Assembly (NCBI GenBank): GCA_027474245.1
Contig: CM049899.1
Span: 1,148,536 to 1,212,535 of the forward strand
Direction: 5' to 3'
Length of the DNA: 64,000 bases
Source: Spheniscus humboldti
Taxonomy: Eukaryota
Positions 13,000 through 25,034 of the stretch are shown here, piece by piece. The translations under genes and the position numbers were made by a program. Under the pieces are notes generated by a model. That model did no database searches, was not told the DNA's origin, and saw only the letters and a program-made list of their open reading frames with translations. Numbering within the stretch: the stretch's first letter is position 1; each line of letters starts with the position of its first letter.

Positions 13000-15270
13000 A
13001 GCTCAACACCCTCTCTGCCTGGGAGGTCTGAACCAGCTCTTCCCTCCTCCTTCCCTCAATTCTTGGTGAAGTAAGGAGGGGGGCCAGCAAAACTGCAACC
13101 ATGGACTTCCGGAGGGTGGACTTTGGCCTGTTCAGGATGCTGGTTGAGAGAGCCCCTTGGGAGACAGTCCTGAAGAGCAAAGGGGTCCAGGAAGGCTGGA
13201 CGATCTTCAAGAAGGAAGTCTTAAAGGCGCAGGAGCAGGCTCTCCCCATACACCGTAAGAAGAATGGGCGGGGAAGACGACCAGCCTGGCTGAACGGGGA
13301 GCTTTTGCTGGGACTCAGGAAAAAAAGGAGAGTTTACCACTTGTGGAAGAAGGGGCAGGCGACTCAAGAAGAGTACAGGGATCTTGTTAGGTCATGCAGA
13401 GAGGAAATGAGAAAGGCAAAAGCCCAGCTAGAATGCAATCTGGCCGCTGTCATTAAAGACAACAAAAAATGTTTTTACAAATATATTAATGACAAGAAGA
13501 GAGCCAAGGAGAATCTCCATCCTTTATTGGATGCGGGGGGGAACATTGTCACCGAGGATGAGGAAAAGGCTGAGGTACTTAATGCCTTCTTTGCCTCAGT
13601 CTTTAACAGTCAGACCGGTTATCCTCAGGGTACTCGGCCCCCTGAGCTGGAAGACAGGGATGGCGAGCAGGATGAACCCCCCATAATCCAAGAGGAAGCA
13701 GTCAACGACCTGCTACGCCACCTGGATGCTCACAAGTCTATGGGGCCGGATGGGATCCACCTGAGAGTGCTGAGGGAGCTGGTGGAGGAGCTTGCCAAGC
13801 CACTCTCCATCATCTATCAGCAGTCCTGGTTAACAGGGGAGGTCCCAGACAACTGGAGGCTTGCCAATGCGACACCCATCTACAAGAAGGGCCGGAAGGA
13901 GGATCTGGGGAACTACAGGCCTGTCAGCCTGACCTCGGTGCCGGGGAAGATTATGGAGCGGTTCATCTTGAGGGCGCTCACAAGGCATGAGCGGGACAAC
14001 CAGGGGATCAGGCCCAGCCAGCACGGGTTCACGAGAGGCAGGTCCTGCTTGACCAACCTGATCTCCTTCTGTGACCAGGTAACCTGCCTAGTGGATGAGG
14101 GAAAGGCTGTGGATGTGGTCTACCTGGACTTCAGTAAAGCCTTTGACACCGTCTCCCACAGCATTCTCCTAGAGAAGCTGGTGGCTCACGGCTTAGACAG
14201 GTGTACTCTGCGCTGGGTAAAAATCTGGCTGGACGGCTGGGCCCAGAGAGTTGTGATGAATGGAGTTAAATCCAGTTGGCGGCCGGTCACGAGCTGTGTT
14301 CCCCAGGGCTCAGTTTTGGGGCCGGTCTTGTTCAGTATCTTTATCAATGATCTGGATGAGGGGATTGAGTGCACCCTCAGTAAGTTTGCAGACGACACCA
14401 AGTTGGGCGGGAGTGTTGATCTGCTCGAGGGTAGGAAGGCTCTGCAGAAGGACCTGGACAGGCTGGATCAATGGGCCGAGGCCAACTGTATGAGATTCAA
14501 CAAGGCCAAGTGCCGGGCCCTGCACTTTGGCCACAACAACCCCATGCAGTGCTACAGGCTTGGGGAAGAGTGGCTGGAAAGCTGCCTGGCGGAAAAGGAC
14601 CTGGGGGTGTTGCTTGACAGCCGGCTGAACATGAGCCGGCAGTGTGCCCAGGCAGCCAAGAAGGCCAATGGCATCCTGGCCTGTATAAGAAAGTGTGGCC
14701 AGCAGGAGTAGGGAAGTGATCGTGCCCCTGTACTCGGCACTGGTGAGGCCGCACCTCGAATACTGTGTTCAGTTTTGGGCCCCTCACTGCAAGAAGGACG
14801 TTGAGGTGTTAGAGCGTGTCTAGAGAAGAGCAACGAGGCTGGTGAGGGGTCTGGAGAACAAGTCTTATGAGAAGTGGCTGAGGGAACTGGGGTTGTTTAG
14901 CCTGGAGAAAAGGAGGCTCAGGGGAGACCTCATCGCTCTGTACAACTACCCGAAAGGAGGTTGTAGCGAGGTGGGTGTCGGTCTCTTCTCCCAAGTAACT
15001 AGCAATAGGACAAGAGGAAATGGCCTCAAGTTGCACCAGGGGAGGTTTAGATTGGATGTGAGGAAAAATTTCTTTACTGAAAGAGTGGTTAAACATTGGA
15101 ACAGGCTGCCCAGGGAAGTGGTTGAGTCACCATCCCTGGAGGTATTTAAAAGACGTGTAGATGAGGTGCTTAGGGACATGGTTTAGTGGGCATGGTGGTG
15201 TTGTGTTGACAGTTGGACTCGATGATCTTAGAAGTCTCTTCCAACCTTAATGATTCTATGATTCTATGTT
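13000..15270 (+). mobile_element. CR1 LINE, 5'-truncated copy with a near-complete RT domain (536-aa ORF, then frameshifted C-terminus and 3' UTR)
   Basis: ORF 13101..14711 contains the CR1 RT block ([41 protein letters not shown]). ORF 14842..15186 is the CR1 C-terminus ([22 protein letters not shown]). The tail is 'atgattctatgattctatg' at 15249..15267. Confidence 0.92.
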
Positions 15271-17421
15271 CCCATCTCCATTTCAAGGCTCTCTACAGCC
15301 AGCTTTGACCTTCTTCTAAGTAGGAGAATATTAAGAGCCAGCATGAATGCTGGTGTTTGCCTTTACAAGGTCTGGTGGAGCATAAACATAGGCCAACAGT
15401 TTTAAATAATCTGATTAGAAGCAGCAGCCCCAATACAGCTGGTGTGTAGCCACCTATTACAGCAAGGGGTGGGGTGGGGGAGAGAAAGTGAGAGAGTATC
15501 ATTTTATTCTGCATTAAGAAGTCATGATAATTAAAATCAAACCCTGAAGGTGTTCTCAGGAGCTGGTGAAGGGGTTTTAGGTTTCTAAGAGTCACTGCTA
15601 AACAGCAATTATCCACAGCCCAGAGGCATCACAAGGGGAAGCAGAAGTTTCAGTGTCTTCCTACCAGCAACATGGTAAGCAGACATTCTTAGCCTACAAT
15701 TGGTGAGGCCATGAACCTCTACAATATTCAATATACTTGGAAATATAGAGGAAAATCTCTACAAAATACAATATAGTTGGAAAGACAAAATGTGGGTCTG
15801 CAGACAGTCAGAAAACCCTTCTTTCCATCACCTACTTGTTCTCATAGAACACTGAAGGTCCCGAGTTGAATAATTCCGACATCCTGAAAATAGGAAAGCA
15901 TGACTAGTCTGTTTGATGAACAAATACTGATGACTTGTTGGAGCATGGGGATGGTGCTCTGTGCCCTGTCCACTTCTGACCTACAAAGGGGCAAGACAGA
16001 GTACTCTGGAGAAACCATGGAGAAGCATTGGAGAAGTCCTTTTGAAAAGCATTCCAGATGTTTTCCTCTCCCGCTTCTTCACCCTCTCAAAAATGCATGT
16101 AAAACCAGAAAAATCATCCCTCAAATACATAAGATCATAAGAAGGGTTTCCAAGAATGAAGGTAACCTCAGAAAAATGCGCCAAGCTCTGTGTTTGATCT
16201 TTCCACTGTGACAGGTGGGTCTAGAGAAAGCCCAGAAAGCAACCATCACAACCATCTATTGAAGTTTTTTCATCTGTTTAGGGAGAGGCTTGTCCATTGC
16301 ATGTGCCATCTGCAGTGTCCTTCTGAAGGGCTTTTCTTTTGTTTTCTAAGGAAGGGAAGAACAATTGCACACATGGCACAGGGGTGTCAGGACTGCTGAA
16401 ACCATCAGAGTAGGAGGGGAGGGACAGGATGACAACCCACCTTGCTCAGCACCAGCTGCTCTGTGTCAAACGCTCCTCCCCAGATAGCAAGGGTCTTTGG
16501 AAAGCAAGTGAAAGGCATTTCACGGTCCAGGTTGGCCAGCTGACAACCATTCAGCACATGCCTAACCAAGAGGACAAATGCAGGTGTAATCAAATGGCAT
16601 CCCCCTCTCCAAACTTGACCTCATCCATGACAGGGGCTGCAGAGCTGAGCTGGGTAAGGCCTTCAGGCTATAACCTTTAATCTCACCTCAGGAGAGGTCT
16701 GAAGCTGAAGCAGAGGCACTGGGACATGGTCATCCTGCTACCTGACAGCCATGAGAACCTCAGGCACGTTAGAATGTAGTCACTTTCCTGCTATGACATC
16801 ACTCTTGTGATTTTATGAAGTTTGTCATCATATTGCAATGCATTGGTGGTGTAGGCTGTGAGGAGGGACGGTTCTGAGCAAGTAGTCGTGCGTAACTAAA
16901 CTGTGAATTTAAAATGTTTCAGGGCCAAGAGGGAACATCCCACCACTGAGATGGCCTGGCTCTGGGGATACTTGGTGCTAACCCACCTGTGGAGGAAGAA
17001 CTCAGGGCTCATCAGAGATGACAGAATCACTCAACCATCCAGGTGGAAAGGGACCTTGGGTGGTCTCCAGCCCAACCTCCTTCTCACATTAGGATCAACA
17101 CCGAGGCAAGACCAAGTTCCTCAAGACTTTGTCCAACAGTCCTAAAACCCTTGAAGAACAGAGAGTCCATAACCTCTCTGGATCTATTCAAATGCTTTGT
17201 TATCCTTACTGACTTCTTTACATCCAGTCTGACCTGTGCTTGTTTGATGACCATAATCTCTTATTCTCCACAAATCTTGTAAAGACTGCTATCCTTTTGC
17301 CTCAGTGGAATGTGAACATGCAGCATCAACACTGAGTCAGGATCCCATGTATATGTGAAGTCCATATCTGTATTCATGCTACAGGAAGGACGTATAGTCT
17401 GGGGAGAGGTGTCTGTGTGCT

Positions 17422-17996
17422 GTGGTCACACGTGTGGTTGTGTTATGTGTGCGTGTGTTTGTATGTTCCCTGGGCATCCTGGTGGACACCAAGTTGACCA
17501 AGAGCCAGCAATGTGCCCTTGTGGCAAAGAAGGCTGAGGATGTCCTGGTCTGCATTAGGACTGTTGGTCAGGGGAAGTCATCCTTCCCCTCAGCACTGGT
17601 GAGGCCCCACCTGGAGTGCTGTGTCCAGTGCTGGGCTCCCCAGTACAAGAGAGACATGGACATACTGCAGTGAGTCCAAAGATGATGAAGGGACTGGAGC
17701 ATCTTTTCTACAAGGAAAGGCTGAGAGAGCTGGGACTGTTCAGCCTGGAGAAGAGAAGGCTCGGGGATCTCATCAATGTATATAAATACCTAAAGGGAGG
17801 GTGCAGACAGGATGGAGCCAGGCTCTTTCCAGTGGTGCCCAGTGACAGGGCCAGAGGCAATGGGCACAAACCGAGAGACAGGAGGTTCACTCTAAACATC
17901 AGGAAACATTTTTTCACTGTAAGTGTGACCAAGCACTGGCACAGGTTGACCAGGGAGGTGGTGGAGTCTCTGTCCTTGGAGATATTTGAAACCTGA
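17422..17996 (+). mobile_element. CR1 LINE 3' portion, left part, interrupted by an LTR insertion
   Basis: ORFs 17422..17673 and 17616..17996 have a CR1 C-terminal signature ([31 protein letters not shown]). The copy stops abruptly at 17996, where the LTR begins. Confidence 0.85.
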
Positions 17997-18557
17997 TGTC
18001 CTGGTTTCAGCAGGGATAGAGTTAATTTCCTTCCTAGTAGCTGGTACAGTGCTGTGTTTTGGATTTAGGATGAGAACAAAGTTGATACACACCGATGTTT
18101 TAGTTGTTGCTAGGTAATGCTTACACTAGTCAAGGACTTTTCAGTTTCCCATGCTCTACCTACTGAGAAGGCTGCAGGTGCACAAGAAGTTGGGAGGGGG
18201 GCACAGCCAAACTGGCCAAAGAAACATTCCATACCTTGTGATGTCATGCTCAGTACATAAACTGGGGAAAGCTGGCTGGGGGGGCCTCTGCTCGGGGCGT
18301 GGCTTGGCATCGGTCAGTGGGTGGTGAGCAATTGCACTGTGCATCACTTGCTTTGTGTATTATTATTATTACATTATTATATTATTATTATTGTTGTTGT
18401 TGTTATTTTATTTCAATTATTAAACTGTTTTTATCTCAACCCACAAGTTTTTTCTCACTTCCACTCTTCCAGTTCCCTCTCCCATCCCACTGGGGCAAGG
18501 GGGAGTGAGCGAGCGGCTGTGTGGTACTTGGTTGCCGACTGAGGTTAAACCACGACA
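17997..18557 (+). mobile_element. Solo LTR (TGTCCTGGTTTCAGCAGGG...GGTTAAACCACGACA family) nested inside a CR1
   Basis: It is ~80% similar to the LTRs of the provirus at 29272 and has the same termini (tgtcctgg ... aaccacgaca). CR1 3' end sequence resumes at 18558..18660 ('actagacacagtcatggacaaccagctctaggtggccctgcttgagcagg'). Confidence 0.8.
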
Positions 18558-18660
18558 CCCAACTAGACACAGTCATGGACAACCAGCTCTAGGTGGCCCT
18601 GCTTGAGCAGGAAGTTGGACCAGATGATCTCAAGATATCCTTTCCAACCTAAACGACTCT
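18558..18660 (+). mobile_element. CR1 3' terminal segment, right part of the interrupted copy
   Basis: It matches the CR1 3' end at 37845..37930 ('ctagacacggtcatgggcaaccagttcaaggtggccctgcttgaacagg'). Confidence 0.75.
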
Positions 18661-18699
18661 AGCACATGTCCAGTTTACCCAGGTGACCAAGTGACCCAG

Positions 18700-20330
18700 T
18701 CACCCAGGCTTCACTTTCTGCATGACCCCATCAGTTTCTGAGGGACCCAGGCATCCAGGTGCCCCCTGCCCTCCAAACCCCCTCAGCTTGTGTCTGGGGG
18801 ACCCATTCCCCCAAGCCCCCTCTGCCCATGTCTGGTGGACCCAGGCCTCCAAGGGTCCCAGGCACATGGATGCCCTGGTCCTTGCTGTCCCAAGGACACA
18901 GATGTTCAGGCAGGAACAAGAGAAGGTTGGTGCCACTGGTGACAAGTGGTCTTGGGGTTGGTGGGGGCTGGAGGTGAAAGCAGTGTCCCTAGGGTGCTGG
19001 GCAGGTTGGCCTGCAGAGAGGAGGGTGGTGTGAGGTGGCAGTTGTCACCTGGGAACACCCTGAGCCTGGGGACATCTCCACCTTGGGGGTGGTAGGGTGG
19101 GGATCTGTCACCTGGAGACCCCCACACCGTGAGGACACACCAGGGGCACCATCATGTGTGACCTCAGCCCTAAAGACACAGGGGCACCTGCATCCCCACA
19201 CCCGTTGGACCCTACCCAGGCTCCAGGGTGGCACTGGTGGCAGTGGCACCTGGGGTGTGTGTGGGGTGTGTATGTCAGGGAGGGGCTCTCAAATACCCCC
19301 CATCTCATCCCCCACTGTGTCCCCACATTTTCCCCTGCTCCTGTGTCCCACTGTCCTCATCCTACATCCCCACGTGTCCCCCCCATCCTCCATTGGTTCC
19401 CATGTCCCCCCAGCCAATCTCCATGTCAATTCCCTTGTCCACAGTGCCCCCTACATCCCCTCACCCCTCCCCACTGTCCCCCCCAGTGCCCACCACCAGT
19501 CTTCCCTAAACCCCCCCTGGGTTCCCAGTGCCCTCACATCTCCCCCAGTGCCCACATCATTCCCCTTTCCCACACCACCCCAGTGCCACTCACATCCCCA
19601 TACCCACCTGAACATCACCACTACACCCCTTGTCCCCTGCTGGTCCCCACATCCCTGCTGCTGGTCTCCACGTCCCCTCCCTTGTCCCAAGGGCTCCCCA
19701 CCTCCCCTCACCCATCGCCAAATGTCCCCCACCTGTTCCCCCTGGTCCCCAGTGCCCCCCCCAATCCCCTTAATTGTCCCCACGTGTGTCTCCGCCCTGT
19801 GGCCACCAGGAGAAGTGGCAGCAGGGGCCACACCGACGTCTCTCCTCAGGGTCCTGGCACAACAGACACGTGAAGCTGGGGCGAGGGGTGATGTGGGTGG
19901 CCCCCAGGTGCTGCTGAGGAGCTCCAGGCCGTGCCGTCAAGGGGCTGGGCAGCACCTGCAGGTGAGAGGGGCATAGGGGTTATGGATCACCTGTGGGTGC
20001 TGGGCACACACCCCCTGGCTGTCCTGTACCCCCCACCAGGGCTCATTCACCCCCTTGGATCCATTCCCAGGGGGCTTGTGTCCCCCTTCCCCCAGGGCCT
20101 GTCCCCTCAGAGCTCACTCCAGCTCCTCGTTCTGTCCCCTCAGACCTCACACCCCCTCTCCTGGGCCTGTCCCCCCTGTCCTCTCCCCTGGGCCTGCCCC
20201 CTCAGAACTCACCTCACAGCCTGGCCTTGTCCCCTCAGGCCTCACCCCCCCATCCCGGGGCCTGTCGTCTCCCCCAGGCCTGTCCCCTCAGACACCCCCC
20301 CTTGCCTCCATGTATTGGGTTTGCTTGGCA
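18700..20330. repeat. C-rich (proline-codon-rich) minisatellite arrays, several related ~40-45 bp units
   Basis: There are many 'cccagtgcccacatc...gtcccc' units. Long ORFs are open in multiple overlapping frames (19035..19976, 19154..19873, 19228..19509), which is typical of low-complexity sequence rather than a coding signature. Confidence 0.8.
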
Positions 20331-20380
20331 AGGTTTTGGCAGCAGGGGAGCTGCAGGGGTGGCTTCTGTGAGAAGCTGCT

Positions 20381-20990
20381 AGAAGCTTCCCCTATGTCTG
20401 ATAGAGCCAATGCCAGCCAGCTCCAAGATGGACCCACTGCTGGCCAAAGCTGAGACAATCAGCAATGGTGGTAGCACCTCTGGGATAACACATTTAAGAA
20501 GGGAAAAATCAACCACTGAGCATTGGCAATTGCAGCCAGAGAGAGGAGTGAGAGTATGTCAGAGAAACAGCCCTGCAGACATCAAGGTCAGTGAAGGAGG
20601 GGGAGGAGGTGCTCCAGGCACCGGAGAAGAGATTCCCCTGCAGCCCATGGTGAAGACCATGGTGAGGCAGGCTGTCCCCCTGCAGCCCATGGAGGTCCAC
20701 GGTGGAGCAGATATCCACCTGCAGCCTGTGGAGGACTCTACGCCGGAGCAGGTGGGTGCCCAAAGGAGGCTGTGACCCCACAGGAAGCCTGTGCTGGAGC
20801 AGGCTCCTGGCAGGACCTGTGGACCCGTGGAGAGAGGAGCCCACGCTGGAGCAGGTTTGCTGGCAGGAGTTGTAACCCCATGGGAGACCCACGCTGGACC
20901 AGTCTGTTCCTGAAGGACTGCACCCCGTGGAAAGAACCCACGCTGAAGCAGTCTGTTTCTGAAGAACTGCAGCCCATGGGAAGGACGCGC
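20381..20990 (+). mobile_element. Avian LTR-like interspersed repeat, 3'-truncated (copy 1)
   Basis: About 600 bp align with 43412..44020 ('agcttcccctatgtc.gatagagcca..gccagctccaagatggac...ctgcagcccatggaggtcca.ggtggagc...cacgctggagcaggtttgctggcag'). Confidence 0.7.
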
Positions 20991-21189
20991 AAACCGTGCC
21001 CTGGGGGGCGGGGGTGTAAATGCAGCCCTGGGAGGGTAAATGCAGCCCTGGGGGGGGGGGGGCAGATTGTGCCCTTGGGGGCTAGATCTTGCCTGGGGGG
21101 GGGCGTAAATCTGAGCCTGTGGGGCGGGCCCCGGTGGGCTGGGCCCTGCCTGCCCGCAGGGCTGGGCCTGGGCAAAGGCTTTTCCGGGC

Positions 21190-21835
21190 TCTCCTGCCCC
21201 ACAGGGAAGCGTTCAACCCCTCAGCGAGGTGTTCTGCCCTGCGGCAAGGTGGTCTCCTGCCCTACGATGAGGTCTCCTTCCCCCCTGCCTCCACCTCCCC
21301 CCGTCCCCCCAGCCCTGTGGCAAGTTCGCCTGCCCCACAGCAAGCTTTTCTACCCCACGGCAGGGTCCCCAGGCATCCCAACCTGTGGTGAGCTCCTCTG
21401 TCCCATGGTGAGGTCTTCTGCCCCTTCCCCAGTGACCCCATCTGCCCAACGGCAAGCTTTTCCTACCCTGTGCCAAGGTCTACCCCACCATGAGCCCTGT
21501 GGTGAGGTCTTCTGCCCCACTCCAGCAAGCTTATCCGCCCCACAGTGACCTCATCTGCAGCTTTTCCACCCTGTGGTGAGGTCTCCCACCCCACCATGAG
21601 CCCCATGGTGAAGTCTGCTGCCTGTCCCCGCCCCCCCCGATGAGCTTATCCCCCCCACAGCAATCTCTTCTGCCCCACAACAACCTCGTCAGCCCCATAG
21701 CTAGCTTTTCCACCATGTGGCAAGGTCTCCCACCCCACAGTGAGCCACAACAAGTTGTTCTGTCCCACAGCAAGCTCATCTACGCTCTGGGAAGGTCTCC
21801 TGCCCCACAGTGAAGTCTCCTGCCCCATGGAAGAC
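21190..21835 (+). repeat. ~20-22 bp minisatellite (unit TGCCCCACAGYRAGGTCTYC), about 30 copies, ending in the MVP start-codon unit
   Basis: The read units are 'tgccccacagcaagcttttc', 'ctgtcccatggtgaggtcttc', 'tgccccacagtgaagtctcc' and 'tgccccATGGaagaccctg'. The final unit carries the MVP initiator ATG at 21827. Confidence 0.85.
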
Positions 21836-21945
21836 CCTGTGATCCGCATACCCCCCTACCACTATGTCCATGTGCTGGACCTCAACAGCAATGTCACTCG
21901 CGTGCAGGTTGGGCCCCACACCTACATCCAGCAGGATCATGAGAG
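21827..21945 (+). CDS. MVP: MVP coding segment 1 ([39 protein letters not shown] + ag)
   Basis: It matches the human MVP N-terminus [42 protein letters not shown]. The ATG is in 'ccccATGG'. The donor is AG|gtgggt at 21945/21946, phase 2. Confidence 0.9.
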
Positions 21946-22139
21946 GTGGGTGCTATGGGACGGGGGGATACCTATGGGTTGAGGGGGTCCATTTCCTACA
22001 TCTGGCAGGACCAAAAAAGGTGGGTGCTGTGGAACAGGAGGGGTTCTATAGGATGATGGGTGCCACCCCTATGTCTGGCAGGACTACAAAATGTGGGTGC
22101 TACAGGGCAGGGGGTGGATTTATATGGCTATAGGGCGAT

Positions 22140-22545
22140 CTAGATTTATAAGTGTGGGGTCTCTGTAGGGCTGTGGGGGGTGTTTGGGGGGGCTCTGTAG
22201 GGCCATGAAGGGCTTGAGAGGATCTGTGGGACCGTTGGCACTCTTTAGGGCTGGGGGGATGCTGGGGGGCTCTTTAGGACTATGGGGACTCTACGGACCC
22301 TGGGGGACATTGGGGTTGTATAGGGCCATGGGGGTGTTTGGGGGCTCTGTAGGGCCATAGGGTCTCTATAGGGTCACAGGGATTCCATAAGGCTGCAGAG
22401 GGTCATAGGAGAACTGGGGGACTTGATGGGCTTTATAGGGCCCTTGGGGGTTCTACAGGGCTTTATAGGGCTTTGGGGGTTGGGGAGGGTGGTGAGCTTT
22501 GTAGGGCCCTGGGGGCTCTATAGGTCCGAAGGGAGCAACGCGGGC
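22140..22545. repeat. MVP intron minisatellite, GGGCTCTRTAGGGCC family (reverse complement of the CTATAGCTCC family)
   Basis: Repeated 'ggctctgtagggccat', 'ctctatagggtcac' and 'ggctttatagggc' units are read directly. Confidence 0.8.
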
Positions 22546-22555
22546 CCGCCCGCAG

Positions 22556-22751
22556 GGTGATGTTCGCCCCCAGGTGCATGGTGATGGTGCCCCCACGGCA
22601 CTACTGCGTGGTGCTCAACCCTGTGGCCCGGGGCCCTACGGGGGCCGTGCTGGTCGATGGAGCAGGGCAGGCCCGTCTGCGGCACGCCGACCTTGATATC
22701 TGCCTGGCCCAGGAGCCCTTCCCCCTATACCCCGGGGAGGAGATCCAGCAG
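22556..22751 (+). CDS. MVP: MVP coding segment 2 ([65 protein letters not shown])
   Basis: The acceptor is cccgcag|G and the donor cag|gtacct. It matches human [23 protein letters not shown]...[22 protein letters not shown]. Confidence 0.9.
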
Positions 22752-22769
22752 GTACCTGTAGCCCCCTAT

Positions 22770-23460
22770 AGCAGCCCCAGGGCTCCCTATAGCTCCTCTA
22801 ACCCCACCATGGTCCCCTATAGGCTCCATAACCCCTCTCTGTAACCCACCACTGTAGTGTTCCATGGCCACTTATAGCTCCTCTAATCCCTGTCATCTCT
22901 CACAGATCCTATAGCCCATATAGCTCCCTGTGCCCCCTCCCAGCTCCTATAGCTGCCTCATCCTCCCCCCATTGCTCCTATAGCCCCCCCCCCCCCCAGC
23001 CTCCTATAGTCCCCAGCATGTTAACTCTGTCCCTTCTCCGAACCTGTGTACCTGTCCCCAGGGTGTCCCTGCAGTGTCCTCTGTTCCCAGGGTATCACCC
23101 GTGTCCCCCATAGTGTCCCCCCATCCCCAGGCTGTCCCTGACATCCCTTGTAGTGAAAACCTGTGTCCCAGTCCCCAGGGTTTCACCCCCCATGTCCCAT
23201 GCCATCACCCCTGTGTCCCCCTTGCCTCCGCAACCCTGTCATGACTCCCATGTCCCCACATCCCCCATTGTGACACCCCCAGATGCTTCCCCACATCCCC
23301 TGCAGTCACCCCCCCCATGGCACCCATGTCTTCGGCCATGCTGCCTGTGTCCCCAGGGCATCTCCCAAAGTGCCCCCCGCACCCCTTGTCCCCACGTCCT
23401 CCATACCTCTGCTGTGACACCCATGTCCCCAGCGGATTCTCCCTCAACCTCGCGTCCGTG
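22770..23460. repeat. MVP intron 2 minisatellites: a CTATAGCTCC family (22770..23005), then a poly-C tract and GTCCCC/ATCCCC-rich repeats
   Basis: 'ccctatagcagcccc', 'ctcctatagctgcc' and 'cctcctatagtcccc' are followed by ccccccccccccc (22987..23001) and 'tgtccccagggtgtccctg...' units. Confidence 0.8.
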
Positions 23461-23469
23461 TGTCCCCAG

Positions 23470-23593
23470 GGCGTCACCCCACTGCAGGTGGTGCTGGCCG
23501 ACACTGCTCTGCGCCTGTGGGCCCTGCTTGACTTCAAGGACGAGGATGGGAACAAGTTTGTGGCAGGAGACGAGTGGCTCTTCGAGGGTCCTG
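23470..23593 (+). CDS. MVP: MVP coding segment 3 ([41 protein letters not shown] + g)
   Basis: The acceptor is tccccag| and the donor cctg|gtgagc. It matches human [41 protein letters not shown]. Confidence 0.88.
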
Positions 23594-23666
23594 GTGAGCA
23601 TGGGGGTCACCCCCTTTTGGGGACACCCTGGGGGACCCATGGGCTGACGGTGCCACCTGCCTGCAG

Positions 23667-23798
23667 GTACCTACATCCCCCGCAAGGAGGTGGAGGTGGC
23701 TGAGATGCTGCAGGCCACTGTCATTGGGCACAACCAGGCCATCCGCCTGCGAGCACGCAAGGAATGTCTCGACCGCTATGGCACCCGCCGCGTCACAG
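23667..23798 (+). CDS. MVP: MVP coding segment 4 ([44 protein letters not shown] + g)
   Basis: The acceptor is cctgcag|gt and the donor acag|gtagca. It matches human [44 protein letters not shown]. Confidence 0.9.
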
Positions 23799-23799
23799 G

Positions 23800-24905
23800 T
23801 AGCACCCGGTGGCACCTTGGGCGCCTCCTGGGTTCAGCCCTCGCTCAGTGGCCTTGGTGTCAGCTGGCACGATACCACCCTGTACCATTGGTGCTACCCC
23901 TCGGCACACATGGGAACCCTCTGTTGCTTGAAGGCTCCCCTGGGACACCCTGTGCCACCCCACCCCGTACCCTGGGACCCTTTTCTCACTCTCCAGCACC
24001 TCTGAGACCCCTGTGTCACCCTCCAGCACCCATGGGAGCTCCATGTCATCTGACAGCACCCCTGGGGCCTCCAGCACCCCTATCCCATCCCTTGGGAGTC
24101 CTAGGACCCCCAGCACCCCCTTCCTACCCCACAGCATTCTCAGGACCCCTATCCTATACCTCAGTGCCCCGGGATCCCCAACACGCCCATCTCACCCCCA
24201 TAACCCCCCTCCACCCCACAGCACCCCTGGGATCCCCAACACTCACAATCCCAGCCCCCATAAAGCCCCTTCCACCCCACAGCATCCCTGGGATACCCAA
24301 TGCTCCCATCCCACCCACCCATATCCTCCCTCCCACCTCCCAGGATCCCTGTCTGATCCCCCTCCCTGCTCCCCTGGGATCCCCAGCTCTCCCATCCCAC
24401 CCTCCAAAAACTCCCTCCTACTCCCTAGCACCCCTGGGATCCCCAACATTCCCATCCCACCCCCATAACCACCCTCCCACTCTGCAGCACCCCCAGGATC
24501 CTTGTCTGATCCCCCCAGCACCCCTGGGATCCCCAACTCGCCCATCCCACCCCCCATAAGCCCTGTCCCACCCCGCAGCACCCCTGGGACCCCATCTTAT
24601 CCCCCAGCACCCATAGTACTCTCAGAACCATCAGTACCTCCAGGACCCCATCCCAGCACCCTTAGGATCCTCCCATTCCACCCTTAGGACCTCCCAACAC
24701 CCTCAGGGCTGCCATCCCACCTGTAGGACCCCTTGTCCTCAGTACCCCTAGGATGCTTGAGATCCATAGGACCCACAGTACCCCTAGGACCTCCGTGGCA
24801 CCCCATGCTGCATATTCCCCAGCACCCTCACGACCCATGTCCCACCCCAGCACCCCTGGGACTCCCAGTCCCCTCCCCCCCCAAGCATCCCAGTATCCTC
24901 AGCTC
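23800..24905. repeat. MVP intron 4 tandem array, ~60-bp unit (cagcacccctgggatccccaacaytcccatcccacccccataa.c...cag)
   Basis: More than 12 tandem units are visible. They generate the spurious proline-rich ORFs 23690..24559 and 24013..24468. Confidence 0.85.
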
Positions 24906-24932
24906 CCCCAGCACCCGTCACCCTGCTCCCAG

Positions 24933-25027
24933 GTGAGGAGTGGCTGGTGAAACAGGTGGGAGCCTACCTGCCCGGTGTCTATGAGGAGGTGGTTGACGTT
25001 GTGGACGCCTACATCCTCACTGACAAG
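24933..25027 (+). CDS. MVP: MVP coding segment 5 ([32 protein letters not shown])
   Basis: The acceptor is ctcccag|gt and the donor gacaag|gtactg. It matches human [31 protein letters not shown]. Confidence 0.9.
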
Positions 25028-25034
25028 GTACTGG

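Noticed and set aside
19035-20453. Long proline-rich ORFs (313 aa at 19035..19976, 239 aa at 19154..19873, and others), as a possible novel proline-rich protein gene
   Set aside because: They are open in several overlapping frames on both strands over a C-rich tandem repeat, have no splice or codon-usage structure, and have no recognisable domain. This is the classic minisatellite ORF artefact.
23690-24559. 289-aa ORF running from MVP exon 4 through intron 4
   Set aside because: Only the first ~36 codons match MVP. A consensus donor GT follows the homologous block, and the remainder is the ~60-bp intronic tandem repeat translating to low-complexity P/S/T-rich sequence.
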